From Prasinococcaceae sp. CCMP 1430 (taxonomy: Eukaryota > Plantae > Prasinodermophyta): a stretch of 64,000 bases of DNA. Position numbers and translations under genes: made by a program. Shown here piece by piece: positions 10,879 to 22,962 of the stretch (its first letter is position 1; each line of letters opens with the position of its first letter). The notes beneath the pieces were generated by a model. It did not search any database. It saw only the letters and a list, made by a program, of their open reading frames with translations, and was not told the DNA's origin. The DNA is taken from contig RQSC01000016.1 in assembly GCA_013416795.1 (NCBI GenBank), positions 139,335 to 203,334 on the forward strand, given 5' to 3'.

Positions 10879-11172
10879 CTACTCCGCGCTGGGCTGCTGG
10901 ATGACGATGAGCAGGTACTCGTTGTCGGGCGCAACCAGGATCTCGTGCTTCATGGAGCGAACACGCAAGAACGTCAGCTCGTTCGTGGGCTCGAGCTCCT
11001 TGATCACCGAACGCGCCTTCTCGGTGAGGTGTGTGAGCAGCGCGGCGTGCTGCACCGTGACGTCGTTCTCGAGCGTCGTGCGGATGGGGATGCCGTCGCT
11101 GTTGATGATCATGGTGCCGATGACGCCCTTGTGCGAGCTGATGCGCTTAAGCGTCTCCTCGACCGCCGACAT
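10879..11172 (-). CDS. DYNLRB: Dynein light chain roadblock type (LC7a)
   Basis: [32 protein letters not shown]...[20 protein letters not shown]. Confidence 0.95.
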   Translation of the reverse strand: MSAVEETLKRISSHKGVIGTMIINSDGIPIRTTLENDVTVQHAALLTHLTEKARSVIKELEPTNELTFLRVRSMKHEILVAPDNEYLLIVIQQPSAE

Positions 11173-12208
11173 GGCTGCCGATCGGCGACTGGGCGCACTC
11201 CCCCTGCCGCGTCGCGCGTCGCGCCGGGCTGCGGGCGGGCGCGCTCCTGGGCTGCTGTCGGCAGCACGGGCCGGGCCGGGCGAGTGAGCGCGCGCGCCCG
11301 CGCGTTGGTCCAGCGCGCGNNNNNNNNNNNNNNNNNNNNNNNNNNNNNNNNNNNNNNNNNNNNNNNNNNNNNNNNNNNNNNNNNNNNNNNNNNNNNNNNN
11401 NNNNNNNNNNNNNNNNNNNNNNNNNNNNNNNNNNNNNNNNNNNNNNNNNNNNNNNNNNNNNNNNNNNNNNNNNNNNNNNNNNNNNNNNNNNNNNNNNNNN
11501 NNNNNNNNNNNNNNNNNNNNNNNNNNNNNNNNNNNNNNNGCCGCCGCCCCACGGGGCGCCGCGCGGCCGCGAGGGCGCCTCGGCCACAGAGGCGCGCGGC
11601 GAAACGACGAAAACGCGCGCGCGCGAGAGCCCCCATGTACATCGCAGTGACTTTCGCTTCCGCGCGCGGCGGCGACGCGCGCACATCCTTCGTGTCAGTT
11701 TTGGCATCCACCCAACCACCAAATCAGCAACGCCGAGGAGTGCATGATGAATGCAAAGCAGAAATGAAAGGAAAGGAACGGCATGACGACAAAGCGGACG
11801 GAAAAGTGAGAGGAGGTTAACTAACCCACCACCCCGCCCGCCCCGCCGAACCCCGCCCGGAAACCAGAGGCGGTTTCGGGCCGGACTCTGCGCGGCGCGC
11901 GCGCGGCGCGCGCAGATCCCATACGGATTTGAGTGGCCGGGTTCGAAGGGTTCCGAGCATTGCGATGCCCCGCCGCGTTGCGAAGAGGCCCGAGCGCAAC
12001 GAGCGGAACCGAAACCGCCGGGACGGGCGCGCGGGCGCGCGCGCGCGCGCGCGGGGCGCGGAGCGCGACGGTGCGGTATCCGATGAGGGGAGGTAGATGC
12101 AGTTTAATTGATAACGGTATGGAATCCATGGGGAGAGATCTTGGGATTCCGTAGTGGAGTCCGCGACGCGCGCGCGCGCGCGCGCGCGCGCGCGCGCGCG
12201 CGCCGCGN

Positions 12209-12247
12209 CTGCTGTACGACTACTTCAAGCAGCGCTTCGCGCAGGTG

Positions 12248-12278
<31 letters not shown>

Positions 12279-13934
12279 GCCTCGTGATGGGCCTGGACAT
12301 GTGCCTCGGCGCTCGTGGCAACCTGCTCGAGCCCAGCTCGGAGCTCTGCTCCCAGGTGCACGTGGAGTCGCCGGTGGTCAACGAGGCCGAGCTGGAGAAG
12401 ATCAAGGCGGACGAGAAGCTCGGCGCCGTCACCATCCCCATCTTCTTCAAGAACGACGGCCCCGGCTCCATCAAGAAGGCGCTCGACGAGATCTGCGCCA
12501 CGGCCCCCGCCGCGGCATCGGTGGCGGCCAAGGGCGCGGCCATCGGCGCCGTGGCGTCGGCTGCCATCGCTGCCGATGCCGCGTGGATCCTCACTTGCGC
12601 TGCGCTGGTGCTCTTCATGACTCTGCCCGGCCTGAGCGCGTTCTACGGCGGCCTCGTCAAGCGCAAGAACCAGCTGAGCGTCTTCATGCAATGCCTGGTG
12701 TGTGCGTGCGTCGCAAGCGTGATGTGGTTCTCCTTCGGCTACTCGTTGTGCTTCGCCGACGCGCCCAACGCCGTCGTTGGCGGCCTCGGCAACGCCTTCA
12801 TGAAGGGCATCACCGTCGACACGCTGGTGGGCACGCTGCCCGAGGCGCTGTGGGCGCTCTACCAGATGACCTTTGCGGTCATCACTCCTGCCCTCATGAT
12901 CGGTGCCTTCGTGGAGCGGATGAAGTTTAACGCCTCCATCATCTACATGGCGCTCTGGTCGATCGCCGTCTACTACCCGGCCTGCCACCTCATCTGGGGC
13001 GGCGGCGCGCTCGCGGCCGCGGGAGTCGTCGACTTCGCGGGCGGCATCGTCGTGCACGTCACCGCCGGCGTGGGCGCGCTGGTGGCCTGCCATGTGCTAG
13101 GCCCGCGCAAGAACAACACCATGGTCCCTGGCAACATCCTGATGACCCTGCTGGGCACTGGCATGCTGTGGGTCGGATGGTTCGGCTTCAACGGTGCGTT
13201 GTCGCGCGCGAGCGCGCGCGATGCGAGTGCCTGCGACCGAGCGCGTTTGATGCGCGCGCGCGCGCACAGCTAAGCTTGTCTCTGACGCCATCCTGCACTC
13301 TTGCGCACGCTTACCTCCAGGCGGATCGGCCGCCGCCGCCGGTACCGAGGCTGCCTTCGCCAACCTCTGTACGCACCTGAGCGCCTCGATTGCCGCCCTC
13401 GTGTGGATGTTCCTCGACTACCTTGAGACTGGAAAGACCAGCGCCATCGGCACGTGCACTGGCGCTATCGCGGGCCTGGCGGCCATTACGCCCGCGGCTG
13501 GCTCAGTGGGCCCGCTGGGCGGCATCATCATTGGCACGCTCTCCGCGATCATCTGCCGCTTCTTCTCGACCACCGTCAAGGAGAAGGTGGGATACGATGA
13601 CTCGCTCGACGTCTTCGGTGTGCACGGCGTGGGCGGCTTCGTGGGCACGCTTGCGCTGGCTTTCTTCGGCGCGCCTATGTTTGGCGGCTTTTCGACTGTG
13701 CCCATGATGGAGCAGTTTGGCATCCAGCTGGCCGCGGCCACTGGCGTGGCCCTCTACACAGCCGTGGCGTCGTTCGTCTGCCTCAAGATCACCGGCGTCA
13801 TCACCGGCGGCATCCGCGTAGCGGAGGAGGTCGAGTCGGGCCCGGAGGGCCTGGACGGCTACAGCCACGGCGAGGCCGCGTACACGCTCGAGGAGGGTGA
13901 GCTCCCGCGGTCCACCGTTCCTGCTCTTGCCTGA
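12209..13934 (+). CDS. AMT: AmtB/AMT2-type ammonium transporter carrying an N-terminal glutamate-synthase central-domain segment (5'-partial)
   Basis: After N12208 the frame reads [27 protein letters not shown]...ESPVVNEAELE...KKALDEICA (GltB central-N), then an Ala-rich linker, then DAAWILTCAALVLFMTLPGLSAFYGGLV. Twin-His motifs VVHVTAG and DSLDVFGVHG are intact. Intron 13194-13320; TGTAA at 14049. Confidence 0.85.
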
Positions 13935-14174
13935 GCACAATCGACCTTTTGTATGTCCTGCTAGTCGCACTCTCTAGCTAGTCACCGCATGCAGAGAAGA
14001 CTGTGTACGTCGCAGTGTCGGTTTACGCCACCGTCGCGGGCCAGACACTGTAATCAAGCTCTTTGAAAGCCGTACGCGCCAACGCGCGCGGCGCGCGCGC
14101 AACGCGCGCAGTGCGCGATGCGGCGTCTGGATATTCCATATTACGAGTGATGCGCGTCCCTCACGGGGGCGCTA

Positions 14175-17100
14175 TTACGCGGCAACGACGGGGGTGCCCA
14201 TCGGCGACGTTGCTTCCAGCAGCCCAACCGGCCGCCTGCCGAACGTCTGGCCAAGCAGCAGCGAGTTGGACACGACCGACACGGAACTCATGCCCATCAT
14301 GGCACCTGCTATGGTGGGCGTGAGCGCAAGGCCGAAAGGATGCATTAGAGCACCCGCCGCAAGAGGCAGCGCGAAGATGTTGTACCCGAACGCCCACGCG
14401 ACGTTTTGATGGGCCTTCTGCAACGTGGCTCTGCTCAAGTCGAAGGCGTCGACCAAAGACTCGAGCGTACCGCGCATGAGCACCACGTCAGCCACATCGT
14501 TGGCCGCGTCGGTGCCCGTGCCGCCGCCCATCGCCACACCAACGTCGGCCTGGGCGAGGGCCGCCACGTCGTTCACACCGTCGCCCACCATCGCGACCTT
14601 GGCACCTTGTGCCTGCAGTTGCCTCACCACGCCCGCTTTGCCTCCCGGTGGCACCCGCGAATACACCGAGTCCTGTGGGATGCCCACCTCCGCGGCTAGT
14701 GCGCTCGTGGCTTCGGGACTATCACCCGAGCACAGCACGGGCCGCAGGCCGCGCTTGACCATGGCAGCCACAGCGAGCTTGGCATCGGGGCGGCAGGCAT
14801 CATTGAGCCCAATCGCACCTGCGGCCACACCATCCACAGCGACGTAGACGCACGCACGCCCCCGTGCGGCCGCTGGTGGTACCGAATCCGTTGAACTCGC
14901 GCCGCCGCCACCATTTGTCCTGACGCCGTTCTCGCAGAGCCATTCCCACGTTCCGACCACGACACGCCGGTTTCCCACCAAGGCAGACACGCCAGCGCCC
15001 GCCTTTTCTGTAATGGTGCTCAGGTCTCCCACCGCCAGCGCTCGAGATCCCGCCGGTCCACCGGCGGCTGCATCATCAGCGACTGCTGCGTCTGCTGCGC
15101 TGACGATGGCCCTGGCGACTGGGTGCTGCGAGCCGCGCTCGACGGCGGCGCTCAGCTGCAAGATCTCGCGGTGGGCTCTCTTGGACGACTCAGAGCGAGC
15201 GGTGTCCCGTCCGCCGTCGTGAGTGCTCCCGTATGCCCGCACATCGCACACCTGCGGCGCACCCGCAGTGAGCGTGCCCGTTTTGTCAAACACGACCACA
15301 TTGCATTCCGCAGCTCGCTCAAGAGCGTCACCGCCTCGCACGAGTAGCCCGCGCTTGGCACCGGTCGACGTTCCCACAAGTACAGCCGTTGGAGTCGCGA
15401 GGCCGAGAGCACAGGGACAAGCGACGGCAAGCACAGTGCATGCTGTCTGCGCGGCGATCCGCGCCGGCGAGCGCGCCATCGAGGCTATGGCGGGGCGACT
15501 TGACTTGGTGAGAGCAGTCATCAAGCCGGGCATCAGCGTTGGAGCACCCACCTACAAATGTGCGCGAGGAGGGTGGGTGCGCAAGCGCAAGACAGCGCAT
15601 GTCAGGAAGGATTCGGCACGCGTGGGGGCGTATCAAGACGCGCGGGGCGCGCTCGAGGTATGCAGAAGGCGCGAACGCAAGCTCTTGCGCTCGCAGCACA
15701 TGCGAGACGCCCTAAAGCGCAACGCCATACCCTCCAGAAGCCGTATGTCCCCGCTGCAATCGACATCACGCCCCAGACGAAGTAGCCTGAGATCTTGTCA
15801 GCGAGGTGCTGCACCTTTGCTTGCCTTGACTGTGCCTCCTCGACCTGCCGAATGATCGCGGCCATGGACGTGTGCTCGCCCGCACGCTCCACGCGCACGA
15901 CACATGCGCCCATGCGATTGACCGCGCCCGCGGCGACAGCGTCGCCCACTTTCCTGGCCACTGGCAGCGGCTCGCCCGTCAAAGACGAGTTATCGAGCTC
16001 CGCGGAACCGGACACCACAACGCCATCGCAAGGCACTGCGTCGCCGGTCAGCACTAGCACGAGTTCCCCGGGCAGCAGTGAGGCGGACGGCGTGGTCTCA
16101 GTCTTTCCGCCTAGGGCGAGTGCCCCGAGCTCTCCCGCGCTCTCTGCCTGCACGCCGCCGGTGCCACAGCGTGCCCCGCTCGCGCCCGCAGCCTCCACCG
16201 CCGCTTGCGAGAGCCTGCGTGCGGTCGAGGGCACCACATCAAGCAGTGCGGCCATGTCGGAAGACGCCGCAAGCTTTGCTCGCTCTTCCATGTTGCGGCC
16301 AAGCATGATGAAGGCCATCAGCATGACTGGCTCCTCGAAGAAGGGTTTCCAGCGCAAGGCGGGCATGGCCACAGCGGCCACGCTCGTCACGAAGGCGGTG
16401 CAAGTGCTCAGCGCCACGAGTGTGTCCATGGTGGGCGAGCCGCGCATGAGCGCGTTCGTGCCCTCGACGACAATTTGTCGCCCCGGACCAACCAGCGCGA
16501 GGACGGCCAGGCCTGCGGAGAGGCTCACCGAGTGCATCGCAGCGACCGCGGGCCGAAGGAGCCGCGGCGCGCACTCCGGGCAACCCCAGATGACGTGCGA
16601 TGCGTGCGCACCCACCGACGCCAGCGCGAGGGTCCAAGCACCCACGAGCTCGCGGGTCTTCCTCTTGAGCATCCCACGCCTCTCCTCGCGGCGGTCGACT
16701 AGGCGCGAGCGCGGTGCCGCCGCGTCGCCAGCTGCGAGCCCGCCGTTGCGCGCCTCGCGCTCCACTGCGCCGAAGCCCGCGTCCTCGACCGCGCGCTCGA
16801 GCGCACGTGCGATGGCAGTGCGCGAACCGGCGGTCCCGCCGGGCACCACCGTGGCCGCCGCGCTCTCTGTGACGGTGTTCACAGTCGCCGAAATCACCCC
16901 CGGCTGCTTCTCGAGCGCCGTGCGCACAGCCGCAGCGCACGCTCCGCACATCATGCCCGTGACATCCAGCACGATCTCGCATTCGGCGCCCGCCTTGCCT
17001 GCGTCGCCAGCCACGGCCTCGGGAGCAGCCTGCGCGCCACCCGCCCCAGCGACGCGATCGGTAAGCTGCTCGTCCAGACCGAGAGACGCACCGCCGCCAC

Positions 17101-17320
17101 CGGCTCCGTGCCCAGCGCCTCCACCGCCACCGGCGCCGCTCCCCCCCCCGCTGCCACCTCCTCCTCCACCGCCACCGCCGGGCCCGAAACCTCCGCCCCC
17201 GAAGCCTCCGCCGCCGTACGCAAGCGCGGCCGCCGCGGCTGCCGCGGCGCCCCNGCGCGCCGCGGCGCCGGGCGCCACGCGCCCCGCGAGGAAGCGGGCT
17301 CCCGCAGCACCGCCGAGCAT
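14175..17320 (-). CDS. PAA1: Plastid Cu(I)-transporting P1B-ATPase, PAA1/HMA6-like
   Basis: Transit-like N-terminus with Gly-rich tract; HMA motif GMMCGAC; TGE; CPC; DKTGT; HP; GDGVND. Intron 15730-15552; single N at 17254. Confidence 0.9.
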
Positions 17321-17583
17321 CAGGGTTTGAAAGTATCCTCACTTAACACCCGCATCGACCGCCCAAAACGCGCAAACCCCCAACACGCGCGCGGATGGGT
17401 TCGGGTTAGGTCCGCCCCGCCCCCCGCGCGCGCGGCCGCGGGCGCGCGCGGCCGCGCTGCGGCGCGATCCGCTAACCGGCCGAGATCTCCGCCCAAAGCC
17501 CCCCGCGAAGCGCACCGCGCACTCGAAACGCCCCCCACAACTGATCCCGATCCCGATCCCGAGTTTGAGCTGGGGGTGTGAAA

Positions 17584-17676
17584 GGGTAGTACAGTACTGT
17601 AACCCCGTACAGTACGGTAGTACTAGGGACTACTGTACCGGTACCAGGTACTAGTCCCACTAAGAACTTCTTAGTC
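17584..17676. repeat. Cluster of short palindromes and inverted repeats
   Basis: TACAGTACTGTA, GTACCGGTAC, GGGACTA...TAGTCCC and ACTAAGAA-C-TTCTTAGT within about 90 bp between PAA1 and ABCB. Confidence 0.65.
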
Positions 17677-18463
17677 CTTCTGCAACAGGTTGCGCGTATC
17701 GAACGCTTTTGATTGAGCACGAGGAAGCATTGATTGATTGAGGGTCCAGAAGTGGTGCTGCCAAGCTGTGTCGTGCCTGCCATGCGATGCCGTGCCGTGC
17801 CCATCTTCTCTGTGCGCGGGAACCGTTCCTCCATCCACGGCACGCGCTGGCATGCGCGTCCGGAGCCTGGATCTCTCTCGCGTGGGACCGCCGTGGCGAG
17901 GGCGTGGTGAGGCGCAAGGAAGCGGCGCGGCCGTGCTGTCGTTGTGCTGCAAGCAGCTAGCCCCGGCCGCCGATGGCTCTCTGCTCAGCCGCGGGCCGGC
18001 TGGCCGCCGCGCTCGCTCGTCCGTGCGGGGGTGGGATGTACTCCTCGGTAGCACACGCGCCGGCGAGAGAGAGCGAGCGAGAGAGGGAGGGCGGGCGCCG
18101 ACCGACGGACCAGCCAGTCCTCCCCGCGCGCCCGACGGACCCAGCGAGCGAGGAAGCTTCTACCCCTCCCTCGCGCGCGGCGTGCAATGTGCGCCCGCGC
18201 TACATCCCATCCCCCATCCCTCCTTGGTTGGTTGGGGAGAGCGCGTGGTCCTGGTCTGGGTCGGTCGGTGGGCTCCATATTATTCGCGTTTGCGGGCCTC
18301 GAATTTCGGATCTGGCGTTTTTTTGACTGGGTTGTGCGTGCGGACGCGATCGATGGGGCGGGTAATTCCGTGGATCCGGCGCACCCCCGCCCCCGCGGGC
18401 CGAGCGCACAGCAGCCGCCGGCGGCGCGCGGCCAGCCACCGGGGCGCTCTCGCAGGAGCGGCC

Positions 18464-21400
18464 ATGGCGGCCTCGCCGAAGGACGACGAGGAGCGGGTGC
18501 GTCGGCGCGGACTCGCGCGCGAGAACGCACCCCACACGCACACGCGAGAGAGAACACACGCCCCGCCACGCGCGTCGCGTCCCCTCGCCCGCCTGCCAGC
18601 AAAAAAGAGCTGACGAGACGACGCTCCCGCACAGGCCGAGAACATCGCCTCGGACGCCTCCGCCGACGACGGCTCGGACGAGAACGGCTCCTCCTCGCCC
18701 TCAGACGACGACAAGGTCAAGCACACGGAGCCCGCCGTGCCCTTCTCGGCGCTCTTCCGCTTCATGGACGGGCTGGACGCGGCGATGATCTCCTTGGGCC
18801 TGCTGATGGCGTGCGTCGCGGGGGCGTCGCAGCCGCTGCTCATCGTCGTCTTCGGCGACCTCACCGGCGCGGCGGCCAACATCGCCACGAGCCAGGTCCA
18901 GGAGATCATGAGGCCGCTCGTGCTGAGGATGGTGTGGCTGTCGGTGGGCGCGCTGGCGTCCTGGGGGCTGGCGTTCTGGCTCGTGCCGCTGAGCGCCGAT
19001 CGCCAGCTGCACAAGATGCGCAAGGCCTTCCACTCGGCCGTGCTGCGCCAGGACCTCGCCTTCTTCGACAGCCGCAGGCCCGGGGAGATGACCGTGCTGC
19101 TCACCGAGGGCTGCAACGACGTTCGCAACGCGCTGGCCAACAAGCTCGTGGAGGTGGTGCAGGCGGTCGCGCAGCTCGCTCTGGGCATCGTCATCGCCTT
19201 CGTGTACTCGTGGGAGCTCTCCCTCGTGATGATCGCGCTGATGCCCCTCATGGGGCTCGCCATGAAGTTCGCCATCGAGGCGGGCACCGTCGGCGACGCC
19301 GCCCTCGGCAAGGAGGAGTACAAGGAGGCCGGATCGGTCGCCACCGAGGCGGTGGCGTCCGTCCGCACGGTGGCGTCGCTGGGCGGCGAGCCCTCCATAG
19401 TGGAGCGCTTCAGCGCGCGCCTGGCGAACGCGCAGCGCGCGGCCATCAGGCAGGGGACCAAGCTCGCGCTGTCGACCTCGCTGCTCTTCGCGGTCATGTT
19501 CTTCCAGTACGGCGCGGGCTTCTGGTACGGCGGCTTCCTCATCGCCGACTCGCGCGAGAGGGCGCTCAGGGCGCACCCGGCGCCCTTCGGCCTCACCGAC
19601 GTCCGCGGGGACCACCTCAACCACTCCTTCGCGCCCCACGCGGCGGTCGTCGGCGCCCTGTGCAACGACACCGAGACGGCGTACGGCATGGAGAGCTGCG
19701 CGTGCGACATTCCGTGGGGCTCGCTGGGCGACGACGCGGTGTACCTCGACCCGGCGCCCGACTGCGGCTGCGGCCACGGCAAGCACAGCGCGCTGGGCGG
19801 CGTCTTCTCCGACGGCACGGGCTGCAAGGACGTGGCCACCATCATCACCGCGTTCTTCGCGCTGCTCATAGGCGGCTTCGCGCTGGGCCAGGTCGGGCCG
19901 AGCTTCGCGGCCTTCTCCAAGGGCCGCCTGAGCGCGGCCGTGATCTTCAAGGTCCTCGACCGCGCGCCGGCCATCGACACGCGCGCCGCGGGCACCAAGT
20001 CCCTCGGGCCCAAGGGCGCGTCGGGCCACATCCGCTTCGAGAACGTCTCCTTCTGCTACCGCAGCGCCGACGCCGGGGCCGCCGCCGACGACGACGGCGA
20101 CGGCGACGGCGCCGGCGGCGGCGCCGACGCGCGGGGAGGGGAGGAGCGCATGGTGTTCAAGGACCTGAGCTTCGAGGTGAAGGCCGGGGAGACGGTGGCG
20201 TTCGTGGGAGAGTCCGGGAGCGGCAAGTCGACCATCGCCAAGCTGGTGTCGCGATTCTACGACGTCGACTCGGGCGCCGTCTCGGTGGACGGCGTCGACG
20301 TGCGCGAGCTCGGCGTGCGCGAGCTGCGCAACAACATGGCCGTGGTGTCGCAGGAGCCGCTGCTCTTCGACACCAGCGTGGCGCGCAACATCGCGCAGGG
20401 CGCCATCGACCCCGACGCCGTCACGCCCGAGCAGGTGGAGGCCGCGGCCGTGGCCTCGGACGCGCACCGCTTCATCTCCGACGCGTCCAAGTTCCCGCAG
20501 GGCTACCAGACCAGCGCGGGCGCGCGCGGCTCCAAGCTGAGCGGCGGCCAGAAGCAGCGCGTGGCGCTCGCGCGCGGGCTCGTGCGCAACGCGCCCATCC
20601 TGGTGCTGGACGAGGCGACCAGCGCGCTCGACTCGCGCTCGGAGAGGAAGGTGCAGCGCGCGCTGGAGGAGCGCCCCGGCAAGCGCACCACCATCGTCAT
20701 CGCCCACCGCCTGTCGACCGTGCGCCGCGCCGACCGCATCTTCGTGCTGGGCCGCGCGGACGACAACACGCACGGCTCGCGCATCGTCGAGAGCGGCACG
20801 CACGACGAGCTGATGGACGCCAAGGGCATGTACTACGCGCTCGTCGGCGGGCAGATGGCCGACCCGGACTCCTCCGTGACCGACCTGGCGGCGGTCGACG
20901 ACGCGGACGACGCGGCGGCTCCCGCCGCGCGCCCGTCGACGGCGGTGTCGCTGAAGGCGGAGGACACCGAGAAGGAGGGCAACAACGAGGAGGACGCCAA
21001 GGCCATGCTCGAGCACGAGGTGCCCCGCTCCCGCGTGTGGGGCTACGCGCGCGGCAACGAGGCCCTGGTCCTCGCGGGCGTCGTGTCCTCGATCGGCAAC
21101 GGCTGCGTGTTCCCCACCATCGCCCTCTTCTTCGCCGAGATGCTCACGGCGTTCACCATCTACGACGACGGCGACCTGCGACGCGAGGTGGTCTTCTGGT
21201 CCATATGCCTCTTCATCGTCTCGGTGGTCGGGTACTTCACCAACGCGGGGCAGGTGGGCTTCATGACCGCGGTGGGCGAGCGCATCACGACCAAGGTGCG
21301 CGTCGACCTGCTGAAGGCCATGCTGCGCCAGGACATCAGCTTCTTCGACCGCCCGTCGAACTCGGTGGGCGCCCTCATGTCGCAGCTCGGCGGCGACGCG

Positions 21401-22840
21401 GGCCTCGTGCAGCTCACGACCGGCGCCGCGCTGGGCGCCATCGTCAACTCCATGACCGCGATGCTGTACGGCATCGTGATCGCCTTCCTCGCCAACTGGA
21501 AGCTCGCTGCGGTCGTGCTGGCTGCCGTGCCGCTGCTGGGCGCCGCGCAGGCCCTGCAAATGCAGCTCATCACGGCGGGCGAGAAGGGCGTCTCGGAGGA
21601 CTTCGCGTCGAGCACCGGCGAATTCAACGAGGCCGTGCACGGCATCCGCGAGGTCCACGCCTTCTCACTGTATCCGCTCGCCGAGCAGTCGTACGCCACG
21701 CTGCTCAAGATGCCCTTCAAGAACGCGCAGAGGACCGCCGCCGCCATGGGGGGCACCATGGGCATGGCGCAGCTGATCACCTTCGGCTTCTACGCCCTGT
21801 GCTTCTGGTACGGCGGCAAGCTCATCGACGACGGCGAGATGAACTTCTACGAGTTCATGAAGGGCCTCTTCGTGCTGGCCTTCGCCGGCTCCGGCGCGGG
21901 CCAGGCCGCGACGTTCGCCGGCGACCAGGCCAAGGCCAAGGCGGCCGTCTCGAAGGCCTTCTGGCTGATGGACCGCACGCCGCCCATCGACAGCCGGCCG
22001 TGGGGCGAGGACGGCGCGGAGCGCCCGGTCGACGCCAAGAGGGCCACCGGCCTCATCGAGCTCAAGGGCGTGGGCTTCGTGTACCCCCGCCGCCCCGACG
22101 CCGTGGTCTTCGGCGGCATCGACCTGCGCGTGGAGCCGGGCCAGACCGTGGCGCTCGTGGGCGCGAGCGGCTCGGGCAAGTCGACCGTCGTGCAGCTGCT
22201 CGAGCGCTTCTACGATCCGGTGGCGCCGGACTCGCTGGGGAGCCCCGGCGTGATCGCGCTGGACGGCGTGGACCTGCGCGAGCTCGACGTGAAGTGGCTC
22301 CGCTCCCAGGTGGGCCTCGTGTCGCAGGAGCCGCGGCTCTTCTACGGCAGCGTGCACGACAACATCGCCATGGGACGCCCGGGCGCCTCGCGCGCTGAGG
22401 TGGTGGCCGCCGCGCGCGCGGCTGCCGCGCACGACTTCATCGAGGCGCTCCCCGACGGCTACGACTCGCAGGTGGGCGCCGGCGGCGGCAAGCTGAGCGG
22501 CGGGCAGAAGCAGCGCGTGGCCATCGCGCGCGCCATCATCAAGGACCCCAAGATCCTGCTGCTCGACGAGGCGACCAGCGCGCTGGACAACGAGTCGGAG
22601 AAGCTGGTGCAGGCGAGCCTCAGCGAGCTGCTCGCCGACAGGGCGGCGCGGCGCACCACGCTCGTCATCGCGCACCGCCTGTCGACGGTGCGCTCCGCCG
22701 ACCGCATCGTCGTGCTCGACACCGAGGGCGAGCTCAGCGGCGCGCACGTCGTCGAGGAGGGCACGCACGACGAGCTCATGGCCAAGGGCGGCATGTACGC
22801 GCGCCTGAGCGCCGCCTTCGACGGCGCCGGCGCCGCCTAG
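18464..22840 (+). CDS. ABCB1: Full-length ABCB (P-glycoprotein/MDR) transporter
   Basis: TMD-NBD-TMD-NBD architecture; Walker [10 protein letters not shown] and GASGSGKST; LSGGQKQR twice; LDEATSALD twice. Exons 18464-18496 and 18635-22840. Confidence 0.95.
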
Positions 22841-22962
22841 TTGGCGTGCGGGAGGCGACGGGGAATCGATAATCAATCGTTCAATCACCCTCGCCGCGCG
22901 CGCGCGGGCGCGCGCGACGGCGCGCGCGCCGTGCCCGCCCGCCCGCGCGCGGTGAGCGCGCC

